Positions 36,598-46,852 of a DNA stretch of 63,301 nt are shown here, one piece after another; position 1 is the stretch's first letter, and each line of letters begins with the position of its first letter. Where the stretch lies: IMG/VR virus record IMGVR_UViG_3300030372_003811, positions 1-63,301 of that record; one strand, given 5' to 3'. The notes below the pieces were generated by a model. That model did no database searches. It saw only the letters and a program-made list of their open reading frames with translations, and had not been told where the DNA came from. The stretch is from a virus (taxonomy: Duplodnaviria > Caudoviricetes). Both the position numbers and the translations under genes were made by a program.

Positions 36598-37611
36598 ATG
36601 AGTAAAATAAGAATGAATACCGAATTTAGAAATAAGATTTTAAATCGGTATGTTGAAAGTGCAGAAGATGAAAACACGCAAGAACGAGAGGCATTTTTTC
36701 AAGCAAGAGAAGATGTGGACAAGGCATACTTGGTTGCGTTTCCGCTTGCACAACAAGTTGTTTCAAGGTCTTACCCACAAGAAGATGTTGACCTATGTAA
36801 ATCTCTTAAAAGAAAATATGGGGAACCTTTAGACGTTGTTGCAAAAGATAAATGTTTTTATTTCTCTTATGCTAAAGAAAACCTAGAAGAAGATGAAGAT
36901 GAAAGGGACAGAAATGTATCTGAACATTTTGACTTTGGTCTTTATGGAGATATATCTGATAACAATTATGGTAATAATAATGAGGCAAAGAAATTTGCTT
37001 ATGCTTATTGTCGTGAGGGATTAAAAGCTAATGACTTAAATCCAGATATTCTTGCACAACAAAATGGCAAAGATGATAACCCACACAAAACTAAACACAT
37101 TGACTTAAATGATAAGTTTTTAGGTTATAGTGGTTATTCTTCTTATAATTCTGATGATGATAATAATACTAAAGCAGTTAAAGATTTTGATAGTAAATAT
37201 TATTTAGATATTATTGGAACTAGCCATTGTCGTTCAAGAACTATTGCTTGTACTAAAGACGAGTTTCAAGTTTTTAAAATGTTGAAACAAGCAAAAGCAA
37301 ACGTCATTACTTGCCACCAAAAATGGATTGATAGCATTGAAAAACAAAAACAAGCTATGAAAACTGGCTTAAAGGCATACAGATATTTAAGCGAGGGTGT
37401 TGAGTTGATGAAAGAGTTGGGAGTTGAACTTGATGAGGCAGAACTTGTCAGATGTAATTCAACAGGCTTAACAATCTACAATCCTCAAAATCTTGCTAGT
37501 ATGATTAAAGGTATGAAAAATACTACTATGACAAGAGAGCAAAAGATTGCGATTAGAAAGGAATACGAGGCAAAACAACAAGAAGAATATGCCTATAAAG
37601 ATATAAATTAA
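36598..37611 (+). CDS. Early hypothetical protein (337 aa)
   Basis: Start moved to the ATG at 36598 after the promoter and AAAAGGAGTGA. Confidence 0.8.
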   Translation: MSKIRMNTEFRNKILNRYVESAEDENTQEREAFFQAREDVDKAYLVAFPLAQQVVSRSYPQEDVDLCKSLKRKYGEPLDVVAKDKCFYFSYAKENLEEDEDERDRNVSEHFDFGLYGDISDNNYGNNNEAKKFAYAYCREGLKANDLNPDILAQQNGKDDNPHKTKHIDLNDKFLGYSGYSSYNSDDDNNTKAVKDFDSKYYLDIIGTSHCRSRTIACTKDEFQVFKMLKQAKANVITCHQKWIDSIEKQKQAMKTGLKAYRYLSEGVELMKELGVELDEAELVRCNSTGLTIYNPQNLASMIKGMKNTTMTREQKIAIRKEYEAKQQEEYAYKDIN

Positions 37612-37614
37612 CTA

Positions 37615-37652
37615 TTGACTTATGGGATAATCTATATTAGATTATCCCATAA
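37615..37652 (+). promoter_or_regulatory. Early promoter overlapped by a palindromic operator
   Basis: TTGACT-17-TAGATT; TTATGGGATAATCTA-TAT-TAGATTATCCCATAA. Confidence 0.8.
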
Positions 37653-37669
37653 TAAACAAAGGAGTGAGA

Positions 37670-37933
37670 ATGAAACTAGATGATACGTTAAATGTTGGTA
37701 CAAAGTTTATAATTACTTATAGACCTTTTACTCATAATGGCGAAGAACGAAAAAAGCTAAAAGACGGAAAGCGAACTAGACAGATAACTAGAAAGGCACA
37801 ATGGACCGATAAGTGCAGAATAGTAAGGGACAAGGTATCTGATAAAATTAGATATATGACTTACTATGACTTAAATCAAAATGGTTATCGTTGCGCGACT
37901 GGGCAAATCTGGATAACTGCCGGAGTACAATAA
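37670..37933 (+). CDS. Early hypothetical protein
   Basis: ATG at 37670 after AAAGGAGTGAGA. Confidence 0.7.
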   Translation: MKLDDTLNVGTKFIITYRPFTHNGEERKKLKDGKRTRQITRKAQWTDKCRIVRDKVSDKIRYMTYYDLNQNGYRCATGQIWITAGVQ

Positions 37934-38301
37934 TGAAATATTGTCAAGGTCCTTTGTGTCATACTTACGACACAAAGGATAGGAAACGTGGACCAAAAGG
38001 AAACAAAGTAAATCAAACTAGAAGAAGAAGTAGTTTTTATTATTTAAGTGGGAACGCGTGTAATACTCAATGCGAGCGCGACTGGTTTGAAAAATTTGGG
38101 GAACGCGCTTTGGATTACTTTGGCAGAATAAATAAACCAATAGTATTGACCGAGAATAATGCTTGGTCCAAACGACATAGGTGGAGTTGGAACAGGGGCG
38201 ATAATCAAGCAGAACACTTTATTTATAATATGGTTACAGGCGAAGAAAGGGATATAACTGAACAACAATATAATGATAATAATTATACATTAAACACTTG
38301 A
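37933..38301 (+). CDS. Early Zn-binding hypothetical protein
   Basis: CQGPLCH...CNTQC; TAATG coupling. Confidence 0.7.
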   Translation: MKYCQGPLCHTYDTKDRKRGPKGNKVNQTRRRSSFYYLSGNACNTQCERDWFEKFGERALDYFGRINKPIVLTENNAWSKRHRWSWNRGDNQAEHFIYNMVTGEERDITEQQYNDNNYTLNT

Positions 38302-38334
38302 CATAGTTTAAATGATTTGTTAGATTATCCCATA
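38298..38334 (+). promoter_or_regulatory. Early promoter plus TCCCATA box
   Basis: TTGACA-17-TAGATT-ATCCCATA. Confidence 0.75.
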
Positions 38335-38347
38335 ACAAAGGAGTGAT

Positions 38348-38653
38348 ATGAACGAAGTATATACAGACCACAAAAACAGAAAGTTTATTCAGTATAAAGA
38401 TAAGATATACCGAATACCAAAACCATTTGATCAATGTTTCTTTGGCGCAGAACCGACAAAGGTTATGACGATTGGCAATAGGTTTAATGATGAGAGCGGA
38501 GCGGGACAATATGCAAAGCTACCCGCATTTGCAGTAGCTATCTATGATACTATCATAGGCGCAGAACAAACCGAGGATTATAAACTAATGCAGAAAGGAT
38601 TGGATTGGTTTAGTCGCAACTTCACTAAAGAATATATGATCTTATTAGATTAA
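38348..38653 (+). CDS. Early hypothetical protein
   Basis: NRF...AVAIYDTIIGAE...GLDWF...YMILLD. Confidence 0.75.
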   Translation: MNEVYTDHKNRKFIQYKDKIYRIPKPFDQCFFGAEPTKVMTIGNRFNDESGAGQYAKLPAFAVAIYDTIIGAEQTEDYKLMQKGLDWFSRNFTKEYMILLD

Positions 38654-38666
38654 ATCCACACAACAT

Positions 38667-38695
38667 ATAGGGTATGGGATAATCCCATACCCTAT
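38667..38695. repeat. Perfect 14-bp inverted repeat containing two TCCCATA boxes
   Basis: ATAGGGTATGGGAT-A-ATCCCATACCCTAT. Confidence 0.85.
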
Positions 38696-38716
38696 GCAAA
38701 AACTGCATAGCGCAGT

Positions 38717-38748
38717 ATATTCCTGTTAACGGGCGGGCCCACCCCAGA
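38717..38748 (+). repeat. GC-rich dispersed repeat, copy 3
   Basis: ATATTCCTGTTAACGGGCGGGCCCACCCCAGA; 31/32 identical to copy 2. Confidence 0.9.
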
Positions 38749-38871
38749 GGGGTCCCTAGCGATTTCAACTTAGCCTTGTGAACCGAGGGCCCACCCTCCC
38801 TTTTTGAATAGGGGTCCCAAAACTTTTACCTTTAGGGTTGGATTTAGACATAGACATGCTATAAAATCAAA

Positions 38872-39243
38872 ATGAGAACAAGAAAGGTGTCTAAAAATAT
38901 TACAAAAAATTTTATGCAAAAAGAAATTGAAAAATTTAATAAAGATTCAAATTTCTTAAAACAAGAATTAGAAATTATAGGGAAGTTACATGATGCGGTA
39001 GCAAGAGCTGCTGACGATTGGTATGATTTAGAACAAAAAAGAGACGGTTCATATGATCCATATTCCTTTTATGCAGTAATGCTTGATATAGTATATACTC
39101 AAGCTATGAAGGAAAATCTCGACGAAACTGAAAAAAATGTTACTCCAGATTTTTATAATAGAATGGATTATCTGTTTAAAAGTATATCTTTTGGTAAAAA
39201 TCCCTATTGGAAAAGTAAAAATCTAAAAGAATGTGATGGATGA
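38872..39243 (+). CDS. Hypothetical protein
   Basis: ORF overlapping the TerL start; true start may be downstream. Confidence 0.6.
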   Translation: MRTRKVSKNITKNFMQKEIEKFNKDSNFLKQELEIIGKLHDAVARAADDWYDLEQKRDGSYDPYSFYAVMLDIVYTQAMKENLDETEKNVTPDFYNRMDYLFKSISFGKNPYWKSKNLKECDG

Positions 39244-40699
39244 AGAACAGATAAGTAGGCTCCCGCCTGATGTGAGAAAAGAATTCCTTAAATTAGGAAT
39301 GAAGCTTGATGAAAAAACCAAGCAGCACAAGGTGCATAATGATTTTCTTTCTTTTGTAAAACACGTATGGCCCGAATTTATTGAGGGGCCCCATCATAAA
39401 AAAATTTCTGACAAATTTAATAAGCTTGCAAATGGTAAAATTAAAAGATTAATTATTAATATGCCGCCAAGGCATACTAAATCAGAATTTGCGTCTTATC
39501 TTTTACCCTCTTGGATGGTAGGACGTAAACCTGATCTTAAAATTATACAAACAACTCACACAACTGAACTCGCGATCCGCTTCGGACGTAAAGCTAAGAA
39601 CTTAATTGATACCCCGGAGTACCAACAAGTTTTTAAAACAAGATTAAAAGAAGATTCGCAAGCCGCGGGCAAATGGGAGACAGAACAAGGTGGTGAATAT
39701 TATGCAGCGGGTGTTGGTTCAGCAATTACGGGTCGTGGAGCGGATTTGTTGATCATTGATGACCCACATTCTGAGCAAGACGCATTAAATATGCCAGCAA
39801 TGGAACGAGCTTATGAGTGGTATACATCAGGACCACGACAAAGGCTTCAACCAGGTGGATCCATTGTTTTAGTTATGACTCGGTGGAACATGAAAGATTT
39901 AACTGGAGCATTATTAAGATCTCAAAAAGAATTAAAATCAGATCAGTGGGAAATAATAGAATTCCCCGCGATTCTCCCTTCAGGAAAACCTGTTTGGCCA
40001 GAGTATTGGAAGTTAGAAGAGCTAGAATCAGTTAAGGCATCACTTTCTATCGGAAAGTGGAACGCGCAATGGATGCAAAATCCAACAGCGGAAGAAGGAT
40101 CGTTGATTAAGAGGGAATGGTGGCGAAAATGGGACCGTGATTACATTCCAACTCTAAAACATGTTATTCAAAGCTATGATACAGCTTATTTAAAAAAAGA
40201 ATCAGCCGATTACTCGGCTATTACGACTTGGGGCGTATTTTATGAATCCGATGACGCCGCTCCGAACTTAATTCTTCTTGATGCCATGAAAGAACGCTTA
40301 GAATTTCCAGAACTTAGAAAAGTTGCTAAAGAACAGTATGATTATTGGAAACCCGAAACGGTTATTATTGAATCTAAAGCTTCAGGACTTCCTTTAACAT
40401 ATGAGTTGCGGAAAATGGGGATTCCTGTTATAAATTACACACCTAGCAAAGGTAATGATAAACATGCTAGAGTAAACGCTGTTTCGCCGCTGTTTGAAAG
40501 TGGCCAAATTTGGGCGCCGGATGAAAAATTCGCAGAAGAGGTTATAGAAGAGTGTGCATCATTTCCTTATGGAGATCATGATGACTTGGTGGACAGTATG
40601 ACACAAGCGGTAATGAGATTCCGTCAGGGTGGGTTTATACAACACCCAGAAGATGAAAAAGACGAAGTTTTAATACCACATAACAGGACTTATTATTAA
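39233..40699 (+). CDS. terL: Terminase large subunit
   Basis: MPPRHTKS, IIDDP, VMTRW, SYDTA, HDDLVD. Confidence 0.95.
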   Translation: MMDEEQISRLPPDVRKEFLKLGMKLDEKTKQHKVHNDFLSFVKHVWPEFIEGPHHKKISDKFNKLANGKIKRLIINMPPRHTKSEFASYLLPSWMVGRKPDLKIIQTTHTTELAIRFGRKAKNLIDTPEYQQVFKTRLKEDSQAAGKWETEQGGEYYAAGVGSAITGRGADLLIIDDPHSEQDALNMPAMERAYEWYTSGPRQRLQPGGSIVLVMTRWNMKDLTGALLRSQKELKSDQWEIIEFPAILPSGKPVWPEYWKLEELESVKASLSIGKWNAQWMQNPTAEEGSLIKREWWRKWDRDYIPTLKHVIQSYDTAYLKKESADYSAITTWGVFYESDDAAPNLILLDAMKERLEFPELRKVAKEQYDYWKPETVIIESKASGLPLTYELRKMGIPVINYTPSKGNDKHARVNAVSPLFESGQIWAPDEKFAEEVIEECASFPYGDHDDLVDSMTQAVMRFRQGGFIQHPEDEKDEVLIPHNRTYY

Positions 40700-42324
40700 T
40701 GGCCAAAGATTACGACTGGACAAAAGCGAATTGGTGGGATTACCCAGAAGACGACGATGTCGAAGTTAAAGAAATAGAAGTGGACGTATCCGATTTAATG
40801 TTACCAAAAGAATATGCTTACGGTGGAGGTGTTGGAACTTTATTTGAACCAACTCCAACTTACCATCAGTATCATGACCTAACAGCACCTATTACTTACG
40901 GAACTTTGATGGATCAAAGACGTGGATTTAAATTAGGTGGAGGTGAAATAGAAGAAGAAACTTTTGGTTTACAAAATATAATTGGAGCAAATATACCCAC
41001 AGGCAATACTTTAGTTGCTGATGCTATGACTACTCCTACAGAAGGAAATATGGGTTTAAATCTTATAGATTATGATACACTTAAACAAGGTGGTTATAAT
41101 GACAGTCAAATTCAAGAAGCTATCGATGGGGGATATGCTCCTGAAATAATAAATTTAATGAAACCCACTGCAAAAAAATCTTTGGATAAAGCTCCTTGGA
41201 ATCAAGGTAGTGGAACAATGACAAGTGGTGTTGTAGAAGGTATCACTAATTCAGATATGATTCTTCCACAAAGAAAACCTAGAGGTTCTATGTATGATGA
41301 CGCCACAGTATTTGAAGATTTAGTAAGTGGTACAGATATTCCTCAAAATATGTACAATCAAGCAGCAGTGGAAGGTTATGAAGATTTAATTATGAATCCT
41401 GAAAATAATCCTAATGCTCTTAATTGGCAAAGAATACAAAACGATATTATGAACCAAGAAGAAAATTTTATTCCAGGTTATAATTTTATAGATGCACCTA
41501 ATAAAACATCTAATTTAAAAGAATTATATCAAAACAGAAAATATTTAAATAATCCTTATACAGGATTTATAGACAATACAATTTTATCAAAAGGTAACCC
41601 CGATGCAAGTTTAGTTAATAGAACTAAAAGCAAATTAGGTGATTTCTTTACTGGTGCTAAAGAAGGTATTACAAGTTTAGGTGGTAAGGTTAAAAAAGGA
41701 GGTCAACTGGTATTGGGTCCATTATCATACATAGCTAGTATGAGAAACCCATTAAATCCTAAAGCTTCAAATTATAACCCGGCACTTCAAGGTCAAGTAG
41801 ACTTTTTAAAAGATCAAGGTATTTATGGAGTAATGGATCAAACGGGATTAAATAAAATTACAGGTGGAAGACTTAAAGGTAAAGCTTTAGTTTCATTGGC
41901 TGGAACTAATGATATCTTTGGTATGTATGAAAAAGATTTAGAAAAATTAGAAAAAACTTTAGGTAAACTTCCTAAGCAATGGTCTAAATTGAAAAAAAGC
42001 AATCCCGCAAAATATAAAGAAAAATATGATGCTCTTGTAGATAAGATTAATCAAAATAAAAAAGAACAAGAATGGCTTAAAACTAATAATATTAAAACAG
42101 GAACTTTCCCTAATAAAACAACTAAAGATGGTGATGGTGGAAAAGGTTCTTGGGGTGGTCATGGTTCAGTAGAAGCTTATGATAAATCTCAGAAAGCTAC
42201 TTATGACAGAGCTGTAGATCGTCATCGAGGAACTAGTAAATCTTCCAACACTAGTAGTAGTAGCAGTAGTGGTGGTTGGGGACCTTGGGCTAAAGACGGC
42301 GGAATAATTAACATCATTCGCTAG
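40699..42324 (+). CDS. Hypothetical low-complexity protein, possibly virion-internal
   Basis: YAYGG, FKLGG and AKDGG motifs. Confidence 0.6.
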   Translation: MAKDYDWTKANWWDYPEDDDVEVKEIEVDVSDLMLPKEYAYGGGVGTLFEPTPTYHQYHDLTAPITYGTLMDQRRGFKLGGGEIEEETFGLQNIIGANIPTGNTLVADAMTTPTEGNMGLNLIDYDTLKQGGYNDSQIQEAIDGGYAPEIINLMKPTAKKSLDKAPWNQGSGTMTSGVVEGITNSDMILPQRKPRGSMYDDATVFEDLVSGTDIPQNMYNQAAVEGYEDLIMNPENNPNALNWQRIQNDIMNQEENFIPGYNFIDAPNKTSNLKELYQNRKYLNNPYTGFIDNTILSKGNPDASLVNRTKSKLGDFFTGAKEGITSLGGKVKKGGQLVLGPLSYIASMRNPLNPKASNYNPALQGQVDFLKDQGIYGVMDQTGLNKITGGRLKGKALVSLAGTNDIFGMYEKDLEKLEKTLGKLPKQWSKLKKSNPAKYKEKYDALVDKINQNKKEQEWLKTNNIKTGTFPNKTTKDGDGGKGSWGGHGSVEAYDKSQKATYDRAVDRHRGTSKSSNTSSSSSSGGWGPWAKDGGIINIIR

Positions 42325-42333
42325 GAGGGGATA

Positions 42334-44043
42334 ATGGCGATTTCACCAACTTTAGATAAAAAAATTTTATCTTATTTAAAATCATTACCTAAAAATTCTA
42401 TTATAAGTAAAAAAGCATTAGCAAAAAACTTTAATATTAGCCAAGATGCTTTAAATACTAGAATCAATCAAGTTAATAAAAACTTTGGTTTAAATATACA
42501 AGGGTCCGGAATAGGTGGTAGTTTAGTGGACGCTTCTACTCTTTCAAAAAAAGAACAAAATATTTTTAAAAACAATTATAAAGCTAAAACCATATCTCAA
42601 ATGGCAACCGAAATAACAGGGTTACCTTATGATAATAAAATTACAAAAGCTAAATCAGCTCAACTTTACAGATATTATTTAACTCAAAGTAAACTAGGAA
42701 ATATTTTAAAAGGGGATATGAAAATGGGAACCCGACCTAAAGGTTCTACTCCCACTGATCTTAAAGGATTTGGAGGATACAGAAAAGCACAGGAAGACTT
42801 AATAAAACTTGATCCTAAAACTTATGGAAACTTAACTCCTGCTCAAGTAGATTCTAGATTAAAAAAAGCTCTTAATTTTTCGACGGTAAGGGGAGCATTT
42901 AATGTTCCTAAATCTTTAACTCCAAGTTTTGAACATTTTCAAGGAATTGTTCCTGGAACAATTTCTCAAGATCCTAATGCTTTAAGAAAAGTTGGTATAA
43001 CAACTCAAGATTTTAATTTTAATGTTTTAGGGGCTAAAGCTCAAAATAATATTTATAAAACAATTAAAAATAATTTAAGAACTGCTAAAGAATTTTTAAA
43101 AGCAGGTAATAAAAAAGAAGCCAAAAAATCTTTAGATGTAGTAAATGAAATTTATGGGGATATTGCTAAAAAAGTAAAATACATAGATAGAAAAAAATTA
43201 CCTTTTTATAATTTAAAAGGAAATAACTTAAAAGAAGTTAATTTAAAAGCTCTTAAGCTTAATGATGTAAGTAAGTTAGATGATGTTGTTAGCGATTATG
43301 TAAGATTTGTAGCTACTGGACCTAGTGAAGATATTAAAAAAATAGATCAACCTAATTTAAAAAAAGCAGTTAAGTTAGTTCAAAAAGGAGACGAAAGTAA
43401 TTTTAAAAAATTAGTTTCTTCTCGAATTCCTTCTATTTTAAAAGGAGGAAAATTTGCTATACCAGGGGCAATAATTGGTGGTGCTATGGCAAGTGGTATG
43501 GGTGGTGAAGCAGAAGCAGCTATAACTTATAATCCAACTATTGGTGCTTTAGTTAAAACAGGAAGTGATGACATTGCAACTCAATCAAATGTTTTAGAAT
43601 GGGCAGCAAAAAATCCTGAAGCTTCAATGGCTGGAACTGCAACAGCAGCACTAGGAATGACAAAACCAGGTTCAGCAGTATTAAAAGGATTATTAAAAAC
43701 TTTAGCCGCACCGGCGATTGGTGGTGCTTATGCAGCGTTAGATGTAAAAGAAAATTTAGATGAAGGTGAAAGTTTACCAGAAGCATTAGCCGATAAATCT
43801 GCAGGTTTAAGTTTGATGGGATCTAGAGCTTTAATGGGTGGTCAAGGCCTAGGTGCATTATTAGGGGGAGCAAAAATTGCAAGATCACTTACTCCAATCG
43901 GAGCAGCTATGACAGGAGCCGGTGTCGCAAAAGATTATTATGACTGGGCTTCAGAAGAAATCGAGAGATTAGAAGGAATGACTGATTATGAAAGACAAGT
44001 TTATAATGATAGTTTAATGGATGAGACGAACATTGACTTTTAA
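42334..44043 (+). CDS. Hypothetical basic protein with N-terminal HTH-like segment
   Basis: SKKALAKNFNISQDAL; Gly/Ala-rich hydrophobic C-terminus. Confidence 0.6.
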   Translation: MAISPTLDKKILSYLKSLPKNSIISKKALAKNFNISQDALNTRINQVNKNFGLNIQGSGIGGSLVDASTLSKKEQNIFKNNYKAKTISQMATEITGLPYDNKITKAKSAQLYRYYLTQSKLGNILKGDMKMGTRPKGSTPTDLKGFGGYRKAQEDLIKLDPKTYGNLTPAQVDSRLKKALNFSTVRGAFNVPKSLTPSFEHFQGIVPGTISQDPNALRKVGITTQDFNFNVLGAKAQNNIYKTIKNNLRTAKEFLKAGNKKEAKKSLDVVNEIYGDIAKKVKYIDRKKLPFYNLKGNNLKEVNLKALKLNDVSKLDDVVSDYVRFVATGPSEDIKKIDQPNLKKAVKLVQKGDESNFKKLVSSRIPSILKGGKFAIPGAIIGGAMASGMGGEAEAAITYNPTIGALVKTGSDDIATQSNVLEWAAKNPEASMAGTATAALGMTKPGSAVLKGLLKTLAAPAIGGAYAALDVKENLDEGESLPEALADKSAGLSLMGSRALMGGQGLGALLGGAKIARSLTPIGAAMTGAGVAKDYYDWASEEIERLEGMTDYERQVYNDSLMDETNIDF

Positions 44044-44107
44044 AAAGACAACTGATAAACCAGTTTCAGGTGTTGAAACAAGCGCAAATAGAGGATAGAA
44101 TAATCAA

Positions 44108-46618
44108 ATGGCCAAAATAGATAAAGCATTACCAAATACAAAGACAGAAATTGAGATTCCTGGAGAAGAAGAGATCGTACAGGCTCAAGAAGATATTATT
44201 GAAGAAAGTAAAGGTGGCGAAACTGAAATTGAGATTGAGGAAGATGGGGGCGCTACAGTTAACTTTAATCCTCAAGATGTTAATCCAGAAGGTGGAGAAG
44301 ATCACTTTGAAAATTTAGCAGAATTTTTAGACGATAAAGTCTTAGATCCATTAGCTTCAGACTTAATGGATAAGTACAAAGACTACAAACAATCTAGACA
44401 AGAATGGGTTGAAAGTTACAGAGAAGGTTTAAACCTTTTAGGATTTAAATACGTTTCAAGAACAGAACCATTTAGAGGCGCAGCAAGTGTGACTCACCCG
44501 GTTTTAGCTGAAGCTGTAACTCAGTTTCAAGCTCAAGCTTACAAAGAATTATTACCTGCAGAAGGTCCGGTTAGAACTCAAATTTTAGGAGATGTTAATG
44601 TTCCTAAAGAAGAACAATCTAAACGTGTTAAAGATTTTATGAATTGGCAAATTATGGATCAGATGAAAGAATATGAACCAGAATTTGATCAAATGCTTTT
44701 CTATCTACCCCTTAGCGGCTCAACTTTTAAGAAAGTTTATTATGACGATCTTTTAGGAAGAGCCGTTTCCAAATTTATACCGGCTGAAGATTTAGTCGTT
44801 CCGTACTCTGCTACCTCATTAGAAGATGCGGAAGCTGTAATCCACGTTCTACGTATTTCTCAAAACGATTTACGTAAACAACAAATCAATGGCTTTTATA
44901 GAGACATTGATTTGGGAGAACCGCCAGTACAACAAGATCAATTAAAAGAAAAAGAATTAGAATTAGAAGGTATTAGACAAACTGGTACTGAAGATATGTA
45001 CACAGTTTTAGAAATGCATGTCAATGTAGATTTAGAAGGTCATGAAGAAGTTGATCCAGAAGATGGAGAACCAACTGGAGTTAAATTACCTTACATAATT
45101 ACAATTGATGAAGCTAATAATAAAATTTTATCTATTAGAAGAAATTATGCTCAACAAGATCCTCTTAAAAAGAAAAAAGATTATTTTGTTCACTTTAAAT
45201 TTTTACCAGGTCTTGGTTTTTATGGTTTAGGTTTAATTCACATGATTGGTGGATTAAGTAGAACTGCAACTGTTGCTTTAAGACAATTATTAGATGCAGG
45301 AACTTTAGCAAACTTACCAGCTGGTTTTAAAACTAGAGGTGTAAGAATGCGTGATGATGCACAGCCATTACAGCCTGGAGAATTTAGAGATGTGGATGTT
45401 CCTGGTGGAAATATTAGAGATCAGTTTATGCAACTTCCATTTAAAGGACCTGATGCAACCTTATTACAATTAATGGGTATTGTTGTTCAAGGTGCTCAAA
45501 GATTTGCATCTATTGCTGATGCACAAGTTGGAGATATGAATCAACAAGCTGCAGTTGGAACAACTGTAGCATTACTTGAGAGAGGTTCAAGAGTAATGTC
45601 AGCGATCCACAAAAGACTTTACGTTGGTCTAAAGTGTGAATTTAAATTATTAGCTGAAGTTTTTAAAACTTATTTACCTCCGGTTTATCCATATGATGTA
45701 CCTGGAGCAAGCAGAGAAGTTAAAGTACAAGATTTTGATGACAGAATAGATATTTTACCAGTAGCAGATCCAAATATTTATTCTCAAACACAAAGAATTT
45801 CGATGGCGCAAGCACAATTACAATTAGCGCAATCAAATCCAAGAATGCATAATTTATATCAAGCATATAGATCTATGTATGACGCAATTGGAGTTAAAAA
45901 TGTAAATGCAATTTTACCTCCACCACAACCACCCCAACCAATGGATCCAAGTTTAGAAAATTTGTTATCAATTAGTGGAAAACCATTTCAAGCTTTCCCT
46001 GGTCAAGATCATAAAGCACATATTGACGCCCATTTAGCGTTTATGTCTATCTCAATGGTACAAAATAATCCGGCAGCAATGATGGCTTTACAAAAAAACA
46101 TACTTGAACACATTTCTTTAATGGCTCAAGAACAAATTCAATTAGAATTTGTAAACGAATTAAAAGAAATACAGATGATTCAACAACAAATTGGACCAAT
46201 GATGCAAAATCCACAGATGATGCAACAAAATCCTGCTGCTATGCAAGCAGGTCAACGTATACAACAGATTACAAATGCAATAGAATCTAGAAAAGCTAAG
46301 TTAATTGCGGAAATGATGTTGGATTATGCGAAAGAAGAAGACAAAATTAGTAGTGAAGTAGGTGGTGATCCATTATTAAAACTAAAATCAAGAGAATTAG
46401 ACCTTAAAGCTAGAGCTGATCAAGACAAAAACGCTAATAATGAAGCAAGACTTGATTTAGACACTATGAGAGCTATGATGAATGACCAACAACACGATGA
46501 AAAGCTAGAACAGAACGAAGAATTGGCAGCTTTACGTGCAGGAGTATCTATTGCCAAGCAAGAAATGGCAGATCAAAGTAAGAGACACGATTTCGGTAGA
46601 AATTTTAAAAAAAATTAG
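44108..46618 (+). CDS. Portal protein
   Basis: HPVLAEAVTQFQAQAYKELLP, GSTFKKVYYD; long Gln-rich barrel-type C-terminus. Confidence 0.9.
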   Translation: MAKIDKALPNTKTEIEIPGEEEIVQAQEDIIEESKGGETEIEIEEDGGATVNFNPQDVNPEGGEDHFENLAEFLDDKVLDPLASDLMDKYKDYKQSRQEWVESYREGLNLLGFKYVSRTEPFRGAASVTHPVLAEAVTQFQAQAYKELLPAEGPVRTQILGDVNVPKEEQSKRVKDFMNWQIMDQMKEYEPEFDQMLFYLPLSGSTFKKVYYDDLLGRAVSKFIPAEDLVVPYSATSLEDAEAVIHVLRISQNDLRKQQINGFYRDIDLGEPPVQQDQLKEKELELEGIRQTGTEDMYTVLEMHVNVDLEGHEEVDPEDGEPTGVKLPYIITIDEANNKILSIRRNYAQQDPLKKKKDYFVHFKFLPGLGFYGLGLIHMIGGLSRTATVALRQLLDAGTLANLPAGFKTRGVRMRDDAQPLQPGEFRDVDVPGGNIRDQFMQLPFKGPDATLLQLMGIVVQGAQRFASIADAQVGDMNQQAAVGTTVALLERGSRVMSAIHKRLYVGLKCEFKLLAEVFKTYLPPVYPYDVPGASREVKVQDFDDRIDILPVADPNIYSQTQRISMAQAQLQLAQSNPRMHNLYQAYRSMYDAIGVKNVNAILPPPQPPQPMDPSLENLLSISGKPFQAFPGQDHKAHIDAHLAFMSISMVQNNPAAMMALQKNILEHISLMAQEQIQLEFVNELKEIQMIQQQIGPMMQNPQMMQQNPAAMQAGQRIQQITNAIESRKAKLIAEMMLDYAKEEDKISSEVGGDPLLKLKSRELDLKARADQDKNANNEARLDLDTMRAMMNDQQHDEKLEQNEELAALRAGVSIAKQEMADQSKRHDFGRNFKKN

Positions 46619-46644
46619 ATATAATTAACAATAAGGAGAAAACT

Positions 46645-46848
46645 ATGAGCAAAGATTGGCAAAGAGGTTCAACTTTCATGAACAAAGACCCAAAAATTAC
46701 AAAAGAATTGGGTGTTGGTTCAGATGGTTATCAAACAGGTAAAAAATCTGTTGCGATGACTGACCCTAACGAAACTCAAACAGTAACTGTTAGAGGGACG
46801 AAGGCAATGAGAGCTGACAAAAAACCAGTTAAAGCTAAATGGTACTAA
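46645..46848 (+). CDS. Small conserved protein
   Basis: TVTVRGTKAM motif; AAGGAG RBS. Confidence 0.7.
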   Translation: MSKDWQRGSTFMNKDPKITKELGVGSDGYQTGKKSVAMTDPNETQTVTVRGTKAMRADKKPVKAKWY

Positions 46849-46852
46849 AACC

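Noticed and set aside
17043-40699. Inteins or introns in helicases, PolA or TerL; integrase
   Set aside because: Proteins are of normal length with contiguous motifs, and no recombinase motifs were seen.
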